Below are positions 42,604-52,989 of a DNA stretch of 64,000 nucleotides, one piece after another. Below the pieces are notes generated by a model that was not told where the DNA came from, did no database searches, and saw only the letters and a program-made list of their open reading frames with translations. The stretch's first letter is position 1. Each line of letters begins with the position of its first letter. The stretch comes from an uncultured Bacteroidota bacterium (GTDB lineage Bacteria > Bacteroidota > Ignavibacteria > UBA10030 > UBA6906), in assembly GCA_963700635.1 (NCBI GenBank), contig CAVOYH010000003.1, positions 64,001-128,000 of the forward strand, in the 5' to 3' direction. A program made the position numbers and the translations under genes.

Positions 42604-44133
42604 ATGCGTTCTTTTACTTTCGTTTTGCTCCTTCTGGCAGCTTCCCTTGCATTTGGCCAGGTAAACGTCGTCAGCACCACGCCGGCCCACAACACGACCA
42701 GCGTTCCTCTGACAACAACTATAAGTATCACGTTCAGCGCTGCAGTTGACACCACACAACCATTTAATGCTGGCGAGAACTTCTTCACGAATGTCACCAC
42801 ACTCTTTGCACAATCATGGAGTGCGGACCGCCGGACCGTTTCGTTTTGGGTTGGACTCCAGCCTTCGGCGGTGTACTTTGTGTTGGTACACAGCGTGAAG
42901 CCTGCAGCCGGGGGAGGTTTTCCGATTCCGTATTGTTTCTACTGGACCACAGGCACGGCATTTCCCACAAATCTTTATAGTGTAAGTGGAACCATCACAA
43001 GCGGTGGCAGTCCGGTCACGCCTGATAATGCTCTGGTGGGGCTGGGAGCAGCGCCGTTTTCCGGCGGTCCACCCGATTTTATCGGCGGCGCAGTAGCGAA
43101 TGCTCTCGGACAGTTTACGATCCCTTATGTCCCTGACGGAACATGGTATCCGATTGCCGCGAAGGACGCGGACCTCAACGGCGAGATCGACCCGGGCAGT
43201 GGCGACCCGATAGCTTTCGGGACCGGTGTCACGGTAAGCGGGGCCAATGTCACAGGGGTTGCCCTGCAATTTCTCCAGTTTGAGCCAATCCGTTTTGCGG
43301 CGGCGCGTGATTCCATTTCCACCAAAGCTGCAGCGATGCTTCCTGGAAACCGCGAACTACGGCAATTCCAGGGGTGGCAGGTCGACTCAACCGGTGCGGC
43401 AAAGGACTTCTCGGCACACTATACAGTCCCCGGGAGCCCGGTTGTGACGGAGATATGGGTGGAGTCATTCGGGGCGCAGTCCGACACATCATCGGGAAAC
43501 GAATGGGTCTATTCTTCCCGCCCATTTACAGGGCTTGCCTCGGCAGCCCTGCTGGATTCTGTTGTTGCACGAGCGGAGCGGATGGGTGGAAGGGAGTTTC
43601 GCCAGCAGCCCCCTCCGGGCGGCAGTTCGTTTAGTGCCTATGCCCGCCTCGGCGCGATCCACAACTCGGAATTCGGCTGGATCATTTCCGACACAAGCCA
43701 GTACTACTGGGGCCTCCAGTACAACTTTCAGGTCCAGGTCACAAGAGACAGTAGCTACGGGGTAGCCTGGAAGACGTTTCTCGCGAATGCCACAACGGGG
43801 CAAATCATCCTTGTGACCGATGTCGACAAAAAGGATGACTCTCCGCTCCCGACTTCATATACACTCGGACAGAATTACCCCAACCCGTTTAATCCGGCCA
43901 CGACCATAAACTTTTCTGTCCCGACTCAAAGCCGGGTCTCGATCGAGGTGTTTGATCTGCTCGGACAGAAAGTAGCCACGCTCGTCAATGATATCAGGCA
44001 GGCGGGAAGCCACCAGATTGCGTGGGCTGCGAATGTTCCCTCCGGTATCTATTTCTACCGGATGGAAGCTGCGGGGGTCGATGCGCCGTCACAGCGGTTT
44101 TCACAGGTTCGCAAGATGGTGCTCGTCCGGTGA
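42604..44133 (+). CDS. Secreted Ig-like (Big_5) domain protein with T9SS-type C-terminal domain
   Basis: Signal peptide; 'STTPAH...ISITFSAAVD'; 'DADLNGEID' calcium-type loop; 'QNYPNPFNPAT'. Alternative start at 42592. Confidence 0.8.
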   Translation: MRSFTFVLLLLAASLAFGQVNVVSTTPAHNTTSVPLTTTISITFSAAVDTTQPFNAGENFFTNVTTLFAQSWSADRRTVSFWVGLQPSAVYFVLVHSVKPAAGGGFPIPYCFYWTTGTAFPTNLYSVSGTITSGGSPVTPDNALVGLGAAPFSGGPPDFIGGAVANALGQFTIPYVPDGTWYPIAAKDADLNGEIDPGSGDPIAFGTGVTVSGANVTGVALQFLQFEPIRFAAARDSISTKAAAMLPGNRELRQFQGWQVDSTGAAKDFSAHYTVPGSPVVTEIWVESFGAQSDTSSGNEWVYSSRPFTGLASAALLDSVVARAERMGGREFRQQPPPGGSSFSAYARLGAIHNSEFGWIISDTSQYYWGLQYNFQVQVTRDSSYGVAWKTFLANATTGQIILVTDVDKKDDSPLPTSYTLGQNYPNPFNPATTINFSVPTQSRVSIEVFDLLGQKVATLVNDIRQAGSHQIAWAANVPSGIYFYRMEAAGVDAPSQRFSQVRKMVLVR

Positions 44134-44154
44134 CAGCTGTTTGATGAATTGGTG

Positions 44155-44187
44155 ACAAAGGCCCGCCCAACGGCGGGCCTTTGTTTT
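44155..44187 (+). terminator. Intrinsic terminator
   Basis: ACAAAGGCCCGCC-CAAC-GGCGGGCCTTTGT followed by TTT. Confidence 0.8.
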
Positions 44188-44219
44188 GCTGTCAGCGCGC
44201 ATGGAATGCGAACACGAGG

Positions 44220-44257
44220 AAAAACAAACGGTGCCACCATCACTGACGACACCGTTT
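44220..44257 (-). terminator. Terminator downstream of tRNA-Phe
   Basis: AAACGGTG...CACCGTTT stem followed by GTTTTT on the minus strand. Confidence 0.6.
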
Positions 44258-44260
44258 TCG

Positions 44261-44333
44261 TGGACGGGGACGGAATCGAACCGCCGACACAAGGATTTTC
44301 AGTCCTTTGCTCTACCAACTGAGCTACCCGTCC
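44261..44333 (-). tRNA. tRNA-Phe (GAA), CCA not encoded
   Basis: GGACGGG/CCCGTCC acceptor stem, TAGCTCAGTTGGTAGAGC D-arm, AAGGA-CTGAAAA-TCCTT anticodon arm, GGTTCGATTCC T-arm. Confidence 0.97.
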
Positions 44334-44364
44334 AACTACCGCGTGTTTCTAAGATTCAGCTGAT

Positions 44365-44393
44365 AATATAGCAACTCCCCGCAAAAAACGCAA
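44365..44393 (-). promoter_or_regulatory. Sigma70 promoter of tRNA-Phe
   Basis: TTGCGT-N17-TATATT. Confidence 0.6.
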
Positions 44394-44398
44394 CCGTC

Positions 44399-45013
44399 CT
44401 AAGTCCCGTCCGCCAGCTTCTCTACCAACTCCCTCAGATTACTCTCCCGCATACTCCCGTACCGGTCCTGCGCATACGAGGTGTGAAATGTGCACCGCTC
44501 CACAAACTCGATGTTCTTCTCCAACCACTTCTCCTCGGTAAAACGTACCCCCCTCCGCATCTCCCATTCCATTCGCAAGGCGTCACTGTGTGCCCAGAAT
44601 GTATTACCCCCGATGTACGCCACATCACTGTCGCACATGATCTTCTGAAGCAGCGTCGCGGGCCGCTGCGGTATCTTCGTGGCCCGGATACATCCCACCA
44701 CATCCCGGATCCGATCCTCCGGATATGCCCGGGAACGGAGAAATTCCTCCGCAACCGCGGCACTGCGTTCTTCATGTTCCTCCGCCCCCTCTACGTACCC
44801 CGCATCATGGAACCACCCGGCCAGCAAGACCACTTCCATGTCCGCTGCATCAAGCTTCATACCAGCGCCGATTTCCAGACAGAACGCAACGACCTCCCGG
44901 GTGTGCGCCAGCGTGTGATACTTCGCCCACGAAGGAAGCCGGGTCCCGTACAATGCCGTTACGCTCGCTTCCGCCCCCTTCAGGATCTCTGAAGAAGCAC
45001 TCATATCCTCCAT
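44399..45013 (-). CDS. HD-domain phosphohydrolase
   Basis: 'YHTLAHT', 'WFHDAGY', 'HEERSA', 'MCDSD'. Confidence 0.88.
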   Translation of the reverse strand: MEDMSASSEILKGAEASVTALYGTRLPSWAKYHTLAHTREVVAFCLEIGAGMKLDAADMEVVLLAGWFHDAGYVEGAEEHEERSAAVAEEFLRSRAYPEDRIRDVVGCIRATKIPQRPATLLQKIMCDSDVAYIGGNTFWAHSDALRMEWEMRRGVRFTEEKWLEKNIEFVERCTFHTSYAQDRYGSMRESNLRELVEKLADGT

Positions 45014-45025
45014 TCCTCCTGGTGA

Positions 45026-47656
45026 TTAGAACGCAAAACCTATCGTTGCATACAGCATCACATGTTCATCCGAGATCCCCAGACTCGCCGTCAACGTCGT
45101 CTTCCGGTTCCAGGGAGCGGCCCAGATTCCACCCCCGATCGACGGATGCCACTTGCTCGAATTCTCACCGCGGACAAAGACCCTTCCAGTTTCTATAAAT
45201 CCAAACATCCCGACATCCGTGGGAACAACATAATTGACTTGTCCCATCCGGATCCGCGTCTCAAACACAGCCGCCAGAGATGCCTCACCCAGAAACCGAC
45301 CCTGCTGGTATCCCCTCAATGTGGTACTGCTGCCAATCGTTGCCGCTTCAAAGTACGGAACTTTTCCCCAGGTCTTTTCTCCCAGCAGACGCACGGATAA
45401 CGTCACCACATTCTCCTCGCCGGGGGTGTAAAAATACCGGATGTCGGCTTTTGCCTTGCCAAACCCCTCCCCCGGAGTAAATGCTTTGGGAAAAAACGTG
45501 CCACCAAGGTCAACAAACAGGCCGCTGTAAGGATGTGGTTCATCATCTTTCGTATTCCAGCGCAGCCAGCCACCCAGGGAAGCAATCACCATGTTCTCAA
45601 TGCCGTACGGGTACGCGGTCACGACAGAGCTGCTCTTCGTCCTGTCGGTTTGCACATACCTGAGCCCCGCTTTCATCTGTACCGCAAACGGCCCCTTCAA
45701 AGGGTACATCAGGCCCTGCTCAACCCTAAACTGCACCTGACGAACCCTGTAATACTCATCCCCGGGATCCCGCGCGGGCACCGTTTCGTTCCCCTGACCG
45801 AAATAGGTGAGAACCTCATAACCCGACGCAAGTGCTTCAAACGTTATCGATGTATTCGGGAGTGAAGACCTGAAGTCCGCGTTCAACACCACTCTGCCAA
45901 CATTCGCAAAGGGAGCATACCCGGCAAGCAACGATATCCTGGAGACATAGGGATCTGCTCTGAAACCATAATGATATAACACGGGTCCAACACCTGCAAT
46001 CGGACCGAGCTGAGCGTTCCAGTCGAACATCAGATCCAAACCCCACCCTGTACCCCGATCCTCCAACTGCGGCGCATATCGCACCGTGTCGTTCGCCGGC
46101 AGCGGATACGGCCTGCGGTTTACCTCCGTGCTGGCGCCTTCAACGACCGTACACCCGTCCGAGTCGTACACATATGTCCGGGTTTCCGCGTCAGCGATAA
46201 AAGGAACCACACCAAACAGGACACCGTCAACATACGATGAGTCTACAACTCTGTCATCCCCGTCACCACCCACGACAACAACCGGAATTGATTCTTTCAC
46301 AGATCCACGCACCTCAGCCAGATCATTCCCCCCGTTCATGTACAATCGGATTTCCCGGGTCTCTTCAGCGTAAAACTCCCGGTGGTAGAGAAGCCGGCCA
46401 CCTCGTGGACCCCCTTCTTCATCCCCGGCGAAGATACTCACCGAGACCCGCCTCTCATCGTTGCGAACAATCTTCACAAACTCTGGTTTGTTGCTCAGTC
46501 TGATGTCAACGGTGTTTGCAAGCCAGCTATAGTATCGATCTGTGACCCGGGGTAACCGCTGGCGCCGCTCTTTCAGTACGGCAATCAACGCCGGGCCTTC
46601 ACGGTCGAAGATGGCAGGTGGCAGCCGTCGAACAGCTCTTTCAATGAGTGAATCTGTCAGTTGGGATGATATGACGGCCGTCACAGAATCCCACGTTGAG
46701 CGCCCCAACGGAGAAAGGAACCATCGGTCCAGGTGTCTTCCGGACCAGCCCAGATCGCGTATTCCGCTGTAGTTTTTGCCAAATGCACTGAGCTGAGGGA
46801 TAAAGAATGAGCCTATCCAGGGTGCCAAACCATCATACCGGCTGAAGGCACTGTAGTGGCATTGTGGGATGGGCGCCCAGCTCTCGACTCCCTCCTCATG
46901 GTGCACCTGCCACCGCCAATGATCCACACGGGGGTCCCAATCGCCGAGGTACATACCCATGATTCTCGTCTTGAGGTACTCCGGACGATTCACCTGATTC
47001 CGGTAGTCCTGCTCCAGAAGCCGCAGGAGACCGACCGTACCCACAATCATGTTGTCTGACGAAGGGAAACAGAGTCCTCCCGCATTCCCCTTCCGATGAA
47101 TCCCAAGAAACCCGACCGTGCCCCCGAATACCTCCCTGTGCGAACCGAGCCGGTCATCGTCGGGTAACACAACGAGTGATGATGTGTCACTCAGCACGCC
47201 CACAGCCTGAAGAAGCGGCGCGGCGACAAGACTTCCGTACGGGTTTGTCGTCGCAACAAGGTCACGCAGCACATCCCCTGCAAACATCTCCTGTATCGCC
47301 CCGGGCAGAATCACATACGGGTTCTTTCCGAGTTTTCGAAATGTATAGACGTTTCCATCCCCGCCCTCGAGGCCCAGACATCCCGCCGAGTCACCGGTCG
47401 CTGCCTCAATCACCGTAAGGCCGCCTGCGAACCGGTCCAAATCAAGAACTTCCGCGTCCACGGGAGTATTCCAGACATCACGCCAGAGTTCACCAAAGAG
47501 GAACCTGTGGAATGAACCGGCAGCGAACTCGGGACCCGGTATGATACGGACAGTGTGGGAAGTGCTGTCGGGGCGGGCTGCCGCCGATTCAGGAAAGCAC
47601 AACAAGCCCGCGAAGAGAACAAATAGAGCGATGAGAGTGAAACGTTTGCCGTCCAA
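45026..47656 (-). CDS. Omp85/BamA-TamA-type barrel protein with non-POTRA N-terminal region
   Basis: Signal peptide; C-terminal 'LRGYQQGRFLG', 'ETGRVF', 'WHPSIGGG', terminal 'IGFAF'; N-terminal 'GDWD....HWRW' region. Confidence 0.75.
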   Translation of the reverse strand: MDGKRFTLIALFVLFAGLLCFPESAAARPDSTSHTVRIIPGPEFAAGSFHRFLFGELWRDVWNTPVDAEVLDLDRFAGGLTVIEAATGDSAGCLGLEGGDGNVYTFRKLGKNPYVILPGAIQEMFAGDVLRDLVATTNPYGSLVAAPLLQAVGVLSDTSSLVVLPDDDRLGSHREVFGGTVGFLGIHRKGNAGGLCFPSSDNMIVGTVGLLRLLEQDYRNQVNRPEYLKTRIMGMYLGDWDPRVDHWRWQVHHEEGVESWAPIPQCHYSAFSRYDGLAPWIGSFFIPQLSAFGKNYSGIRDLGWSGRHLDRWFLSPLGRSTWDSVTAVISSQLTDSLIERAVRRLPPAIFDREGPALIAVLKERRQRLPRVTDRYYSWLANTVDIRLSNKPEFVKIVRNDERRVSVSIFAGDEEGGPRGGRLLYHREFYAEETREIRLYMNGGNDLAEVRGSVKESIPVVVVGGDGDDRVVDSSYVDGVLFGVVPFIADAETRTYVYDSDGCTVVEGASTEVNRRPYPLPANDTVRYAPQLEDRGTGWGLDLMFDWNAQLGPIAGVGPVLYHYGFRADPYVSRISLLAGYAPFANVGRVVLNADFRSSLPNTSITFEALASGYEVLTYFGQGNETVPARDPGDEYYRVRQVQFRVEQGLMYPLKGPFAVQMKAGLRYVQTDRTKSSSVVTAYPYGIENMVIASLGGWLRWNTKDDEPHPYSGLFVDLGGTFFPKAFTPGEGFGKAKADIRYFYTPGEENVVTLSVRLLGEKTWGKVPYFEAATIGSSTTLRGYQQGRFLGEASLAAVFETRIRMGQVNYVVPTDVGMFGFIETGRVFVRGENSSKWHPSIGGGIWAAPWNRKTTLTASLGISDEHVMLYATIGFAF

Positions 47657-47685
47657 CCTGATTCCACATTCTGAATGCTCGGTGA

Positions 47686-50649
47686 TCAGTTCTGAATCTG
47701 GCTCCCCTCCACAATCGCTCTTACCACAGCGTCATGGACGGCGGGGCGGATTCGGGCGATCTTGAGGTTTGCCCGCGTCGGGTGCACCCGGTTCGTGAGG
47801 AGGATGACGCTCAGCTTCCGTTCGGGATCAGTCCAGATGGATGTACCCGTAAAGCCGGTATGGCCGAACGAGGAGGGCGAAAAAAGCGAACCCGCCGATG
47901 AACCGAGAACCGATTTCATGTCCCACCCCAGGTACCGATCCTGCCCCTGAACATATTTCCGCGTAAATTCTATCACGGTGCTTTCCTTGAGGAAGCGGAT
48001 CCCGCCGTACGTTCCTTTGTTCAGGAGCATCTGCATATAGATTGCCAGATCGGACGCCGTGGAGAACAAACCGGCATGTCCCGCAACACCCCCGAGCAGC
48101 GCCGCATTCTCATCGTGCACCTGTCCGCACACAAGCGCCTTCCGCCACAGTGTGTCTATCTCCGTGGGCGCCACCCGATCGTGGATGTCTGCGGGAGGAT
48201 TGTACATGGTATTCTTCATGCCAAGCGGTAAAAAGAATTCATTTTGCACAAACTCCGACAACGGCATACCCGTAATCTTCTCCACAACCTTCCCCATCGT
48301 GATCATGCCGATGTCGCTATAGATAGTCGTGTCGCCTGGCACGGCTACAAGGGGCGTGGCATAAATGGAATCCAGGGCCTCCTCGGCCGTTGAACACATC
48401 AGGAAGAACCTGCGGAATGGCGGGAACCCCGCCCGGTGTCTGATAAGATGCCGGATCGTGATGGCGCTCTTGGGCCCTTCCCGGAACTGGGGCAAATACG
48501 TTCCCACAGAGTCATCCAGGGCGATCCGCCCCTGGTCAAAGAGTTTCATCACGGCAGATGTTGTTCCGATCACCTTGCTGACCGAGGCCAGATCAAACAC
48601 TGTCGTGTAGTCAATGGGTCGTAACGATGAATCATACGTGTACGTGCCGAAGGGCTTGTTATACACGAGAATCCCGTCCCGCACCACGGCGAGCTGGGCT
48701 GCGGGGAATGCGGAATCCCGGATGGCATGTTCGATGATACTATCCAGGGCCAGCAGCCGCTCGGGATCAAACCCTGCCACCGATGGATCATCCCAGCGGA
48801 GCCGGTCCTTCGGGCATGAAGTTCCGCTTCCCAGTGCAAAGTAGTCCGCGATCTCTATGGGTAATTTGCCACAGATACCACTTTCGGCAAAGATCGCTTC
48901 CACGGTCGCCTCCACAAGCGGCTCGTTGTCTCCGTAGGCACACACAATGGCATCCGCCCAGCCAAGAGTTCCGGCAAGGTAAGGATTTCCAAACAGCATC
49001 ACGACCGTTGGTATTCCCGATTCTTTCACCTTCTTCAGGAACGGCTGCAAACCCTGGGGCAAATCGATCTTTCCCGAGGACGTCCTGACTTTGACGTGCA
49101 CGGGCAGGAGAAGGAGGTCCGCACGTTTGACGCGCGCAAGTGCCGCATCAATATCGATGATATTGCTGGATGGCGAGAGCCGGTAGGTATCAATCTGGCC
49201 GTTCTTGCGCTGGAGCAGCTGGTGAAAATATGCGCCCGGTAGTTCCCCTGTTCCAGAATTCGAAGCACGGTTGATATCCACCCTGCCATCCGGCGTATCA
49301 GTCAAGACGACGGATACAATCCGTTTGCGTATGGGAGTCTGCAGGGGCAGCAGGGTGCGATTGTTCTTCAGGAGAGTGATAGAGTGGCGCGCAACATCCC
49401 GGGCCAGTCTCCAGTGGGCCCGCGTGCCTACCTGTGTAGAAATTGCGTTGATATCCACAGTCCGCAAGGTATCCAGACCCAGATTCTGTTTGACTGCAAG
49501 AATCTTGCGTACAGAACGATCCAATCGTCCTTCGGTGATTTCGCCGCTCCGTGCCGCAGCAATCAGCGCAGAGAACGCGGCCTCCTCGTCAGGCGGCATC
49601 AACACAATGTCCACGCCTGCCTTTACCGCCATCACGCTGGCCTTGCCGGGAGAGTACCCGCGCGTCACACCCCGCATATCCATCGCGTCGGTCACAACCA
49701 GTCCCTCAAATCCCAGTTCCCGTTGCAGGACTCCGGTGATAATCGCCGGCGAGAGGGATGATGGGAGCAGGCGTGACGGATCCAGTGCCGGTACGGCAAG
49801 ATGGGCAATCATGACGGATTGTGCACCGGCCTGTATGGCGGTCCGGAATGGCGCCAGTTCAATGGAGTCAAGCCTGTCCCGGGCAAAGGGTATACGCGGG
49901 AGTTCCAGATGTGAATCGGTTCCCGTATCCCCGTGACCGGGGAAATGTTTGGCCGTCGAAAGCACTCCGCCATCCGTCGTTCCCCTGATAAATGCCGAAA
50001 CCATCTCGTGCACGATGGCCGGGTCACTGCCGAACGACCGGGTGTTGATGACAGGGTTGAGCGGATTTGTGTTCACATCGGCAACCGGAGCATAGTTCTG
50101 ATGGACCCCGATCGCCCGCGCTTCCCGGGCTATCGCCCGGCCTATTTCATAGGCATACCGTGAGTTTCGTGTGGCGCCGATGGCCATTGCATCCGGGAAT
50201 GGCGTACCACGGCGGATACGCATGGCGACACCACGTTCAAAGTCAGCACTGACGAGTAACGGGAGACGCGACAGACCCTGAAGCGTGTTGAGTCTCACCG
50301 CCGCTTCGTACACATCACCCTGCCAGAGTATGAACCCGCCAACATGTTTCTCCTGAACGAGCCGGACAAGACGGGCAAACTCATCACTCTGCTGGCTGTA
50401 GTACTGCCCGAACACACCGACCATCACCATCTGCCCGACCTTCTGCTCGAGCGTCATCGTGGCCATTACGCTGTCAACCCAGTTCTCCCGCACGAATACA
50501 CTTGCGGGCCGGTCAGCGGTTGTTATGACAGGTCTCGTGGAGGTTGCCGGCATCCCCCGTTGCGGAACAGATGTGGGGGCGCAGGAGTTTACAGAGAGGG
50601 CAAACACCACAATCGCAACGATGGTATGAACGTGTGAACCGTGCTGCAT
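47686..50649 (-). CDS. GH3 beta-N-acetylglucosaminidase (NagZ-type) fused to a beta-lactamase-fold serine hydrolase (AmiE-like)
   Basis: GH3 'KHFPGHGDTGTDSH', 'TDAMDM'; C-terminal SxxK 'LASVSK', 'YSDIG', 'GHAGLFS', 'GHTGFTG'; probable lipobox. Confidence 0.92.
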   Translation of the reverse strand: MQHGSHVHTIVAIVVFALSVNSCAPTSVPQRGMPATSTRPVITTADRPASVFVRENWVDSVMATMTLEQKVGQMVMVGVFGQYYSQQSDEFARLVRLVQEKHVGGFILWQGDVYEAAVRLNTLQGLSRLPLLVSADFERGVAMRIRRGTPFPDAMAIGATRNSRYAYEIGRAIAREARAIGVHQNYAPVADVNTNPLNPVINTRSFGSDPAIVHEMVSAFIRGTTDGGVLSTAKHFPGHGDTGTDSHLELPRIPFARDRLDSIELAPFRTAIQAGAQSVMIAHLAVPALDPSRLLPSSLSPAIITGVLQRELGFEGLVVTDAMDMRGVTRGYSPGKASVMAVKAGVDIVLMPPDEEAAFSALIAAARSGEITEGRLDRSVRKILAVKQNLGLDTLRTVDINAISTQVGTRAHWRLARDVARHSITLLKNNRTLLPLQTPIRKRIVSVVLTDTPDGRVDINRASNSGTGELPGAYFHQLLQRKNGQIDTYRLSPSSNIIDIDAALARVKRADLLLLPVHVKVRTSSGKIDLPQGLQPFLKKVKESGIPTVVMLFGNPYLAGTLGWADAIVCAYGDNEPLVEATVEAIFAESGICGKLPIEIADYFALGSGTSCPKDRLRWDDPSVAGFDPERLLALDSIIEHAIRDSAFPAAQLAVVRDGILVYNKPFGTYTYDSSLRPIDYTTVFDLASVSKVIGTTSAVMKLFDQGRIALDDSVGTYLPQFREGPKSAITIRHLIRHRAGFPPFRRFFLMCSTAEEALDSIYATPLVAVPGDTTIYSDIGMITMGKVVEKITGMPLSEFVQNEFFLPLGMKNTMYNPPADIHDRVAPTEIDTLWRKALVCGQVHDENAALLGGVAGHAGLFSTASDLAIYMQMLLNKGTYGGIRFLKESTVIEFTRKYVQGQDRYLGWDMKSVLGSSAGSLFSPSSFGHTGFTGTSIWTDPERKLSVILLTNRVHPTRANLKIARIRPAVHDAVVRAIVEGSQIQN

Positions 50650-51588
50650 TTATTTCCCTTGCAGAAGTTGTTGCGCCACAATCACGGCTCCGCGAACCGG
50701 CGGATAGAGGGCCGGATGGACCTCCGCACCCGGAACCAGTTCTGCTATGGCATCGCGAAGGATGTGCGCGTAGATTGTTTCGTGATCGATAAGTCCGCCG
50801 ATGAACACGACGCCGACAGGTGAGACTCCGGGCATCCGGCGTACTAATGCGGCAAGCGTTTCCGCGAGGTGATTCGCCGATTGATGCAAAAGGGTCACGG
50901 CGACCCGGTCACCTTCTGACGCCGCATCCATTACAAGGGGGGCAAGAGAGGCAAGATCGAATTTCTCCTGATACACCGACGCGATAATCCGGTCGCGGGA
51001 TATCCATCCAAACCGCTCGGCAAACAAGACGCGAAGTCCGGAAGCGCCGCTTCGTCCGTCGAAATCCCTGACCACCGCCCTGGCCGCTTCGGCCCCGAGG
51101 AAGTACCCTCCGCCTTCGTCTCCCAGCACACGGCCCCACCCTCCGACAGAGGCGATCGTACCGTCGGGCATTTTGCCGATCAGGTTGGAACCTGTTCCTG
51201 CAATGACAACGACACCCGGTCCTCCACCGAACGCGCCTTCAACGGCAATTCGGGCGTCCGTCTCGATGGTCATCGGCATCGATGACCAGCCGCGGGGGAT
51301 GCAGAGAGTCTGGAGTGCCTCCTGAAGCTTCTCCCTGACGGGTTTACTCCCCACACCGGCGAGTCCGAAAACAACGGCCCCGATGTCGAGAGGGGAACGC
51401 CTGGCAGTACTGCAGCAACCGGCGATCAACTCCAGGAGATTTCTGGCTGCGACGTCAACCCCGGCGACATTCGGATTTCCCGTCCCCAGCTGCATGCGAG
51501 CCAGTTCGGTACCGGATCCATCAGCGAGGACGCCAAGGGTTTTTGTTCCGCCTCCGTCAGCCCCGAATACAAGTCGAGATTCAGGCAT
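50650..51588 (-). CDS. BadF/BadG/BcrA/BcrD-family GlcNAc/MurNAc kinase (MurK-like)
   Basis: 'DGGGTKT', 'GLAG', 'ETDA', 'IAGTGS', 'GGWGRVLGDEG'. Confidence 0.88.
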   Translation of the reverse strand: MPESRLVFGADGGGTKTLGVLADGSGTELARMQLGTGNPNVAGVDVAARNLLELIAGCCSTARRSPLDIGAVVFGLAGVGSKPVREKLQEALQTLCIPRGWSSMPMTIETDARIAVEGAFGGGPGVVVIAGTGSNLIGKMPDGTIASVGGWGRVLGDEGGGYFLGAEAARAVVRDFDGRSGASGLRVLFAERFGWISRDRIIASVYQEKFDLASLAPLVMDAASEGDRVAVTLLHQSANHLAETLAALVRRMPGVSPVGVVFIGGLIDHETIYAHILRDAIAELVPGAEVHPALYPPVRGAVIVAQQLLQGK

Positions 51589-51741
51589 GGTACGCTTCTC
51601 TGATTAGTCTATGCATGGCGCGTTTGGTCTGCTCAATGTACCGAATGACCGGACGAGATTCAAGAAAACCATCGGGTTGCATCTATCCATGCTGCTGAGT
51701 AGTTTACGAATACTCACTCTCACATTTCAACGGACCCGACC

Positions 51742-52980
51742 ATGTATGCCCGAATCGTGAAAGGACTTCTGATAACCCTCCTCCTCCACTCGCCCCTCGA
51801 CGCACAGCCGGTTGTCAAGACCGGGATTGAGACCCTTCGGGACAGTGGCTTTAAGATCCTCCGGGGGGCCCGGATCGGGCTCATCACGAATCCGACTGGT
51901 GTGGACGCGAACCTGGCCTCGACTATCGACATACTCCATGCGGCAAAAGGAGTACAACTCGTCGCCCTCTTCGGCCCCGAACATGGCGTGCGGGGGGACT
52001 TCGCGGCTGGCGACAAGATCGATACATATACCGACAGCCGGACGGGACTGCCGGTCTATTCCCTCTACGGAAAAACCCGCAAGCCAACGCCGGACATGCT
52101 CGCCGGCATCGATATGCTGGTCTACGACATCCAGGATATCGGTTGCCGCTCATACACCTACATCAGCACGATGGGTCTGGCAATGGAAGCCGCCGCCGCG
52201 CAGAAGATTCCGTTTGTGGTGCTTGACCGGCCAAACCCACTCGGGGGTTTACGCGTCGAAGGGAATATCGTTGAAAAACCATTCGAGTCTTTTGTCAGTC
52301 AGTTCCCTATACCCTACGTGTACGGGCTCACGTGCGGCGAACTTGCCCGTTTGCTTAATGGCGAACGGATGCTTGCCGGCGGTGCCGTCTGCTCGCTCAC
52401 CGTTGTTCCGATGCAGGGGTGGAAGCGCGCGATGACCTTTCCGGAGACCGGACTCCACTGGGTCCCCGCATCTCCTCACATACCGCGTGATGGCTCAGCG
52501 CTTCACTACGTCAGCACCGGTGTCCTGGGTGAACTCGGCGTTATCTCGGAGGGTGTGGGGTATACTTTGCCCTTTGAAACGCTTGCAGCGGCGTGGATCG
52601 ACCCGGCCCTGCTTGCCGACAGGATGAACGCCCTGAAACTCAAGGGGATACTTTTCCGTCCGATTACATTCAAGCCGTTCTACGGCCGTGATGCAGGAAA
52701 ACAACTGAACGGCGTGCAGGTTCATCTGGCCGGTCCGTCGCCCGCAAACCTCATGGCCATACAGTTTCTGTTTCTGCAGGTCCATCACGAGCTGTATCCG
52801 GACAAAAATCCGTTTCTGCTGGCCGATGGCGGGCGTATCCGCATGTTTGACAAGGTTGCCGGTTCCGATCAGGTGCGGCTGCTGTTCAGTAAACGAATGG
52901 TGTTTGATGATGTGAAGGGGATGCTGGAGAGGGATGTCGAGGGATTCAGAAAGACGGCCCGGCACTATCTTCTCTACTGA
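51742..52980 (+). CDS. namZ: Exo-beta-N-acetylmuramidase NamZ (DUF1343)
   Basis: 'GLITNPTG', 'PEHG', 'SLYG', 'DIQDIGCRSYTY', 'DRPNP'. Confidence 0.9.
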   Translation: MYARIVKGLLITLLLHSPLDAQPVVKTGIETLRDSGFKILRGARIGLITNPTGVDANLASTIDILHAAKGVQLVALFGPEHGVRGDFAAGDKIDTYTDSRTGLPVYSLYGKTRKPTPDMLAGIDMLVYDIQDIGCRSYTYISTMGLAMEAAAAQKIPFVVLDRPNPLGGLRVEGNIVEKPFESFVSQFPIPYVYGLTCGELARLLNGERMLAGGAVCSLTVVPMQGWKRAMTFPETGLHWVPASPHIPRDGSALHYVSTGVLGELGVISEGVGYTLPFETLAAAWIDPALLADRMNALKLKGILFRPITFKPFYGRDAGKQLNGVQVHLAGPSPANLMAIQFLFLQVHHELYPDKNPFLLADGGRIRMFDKVAGSDQVRLLFSKRMVFDDVKGMLERDVEGFRKTARHYLLY

Positions 52981-52989
52981 CAGCGGAGC

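Noticed and set aside
44261-44333. Genomic island integrated at tRNA-Phe
   Set aside because: No integrase, and no convincing duplicate of the tRNA 3' end was found in the window; a normal terminator follows the tRNA.
44399-45013. Pycsar/CBASS-type defence effector
   Set aside because: HD domain only, with no TM effector domain and no cyclase nearby.
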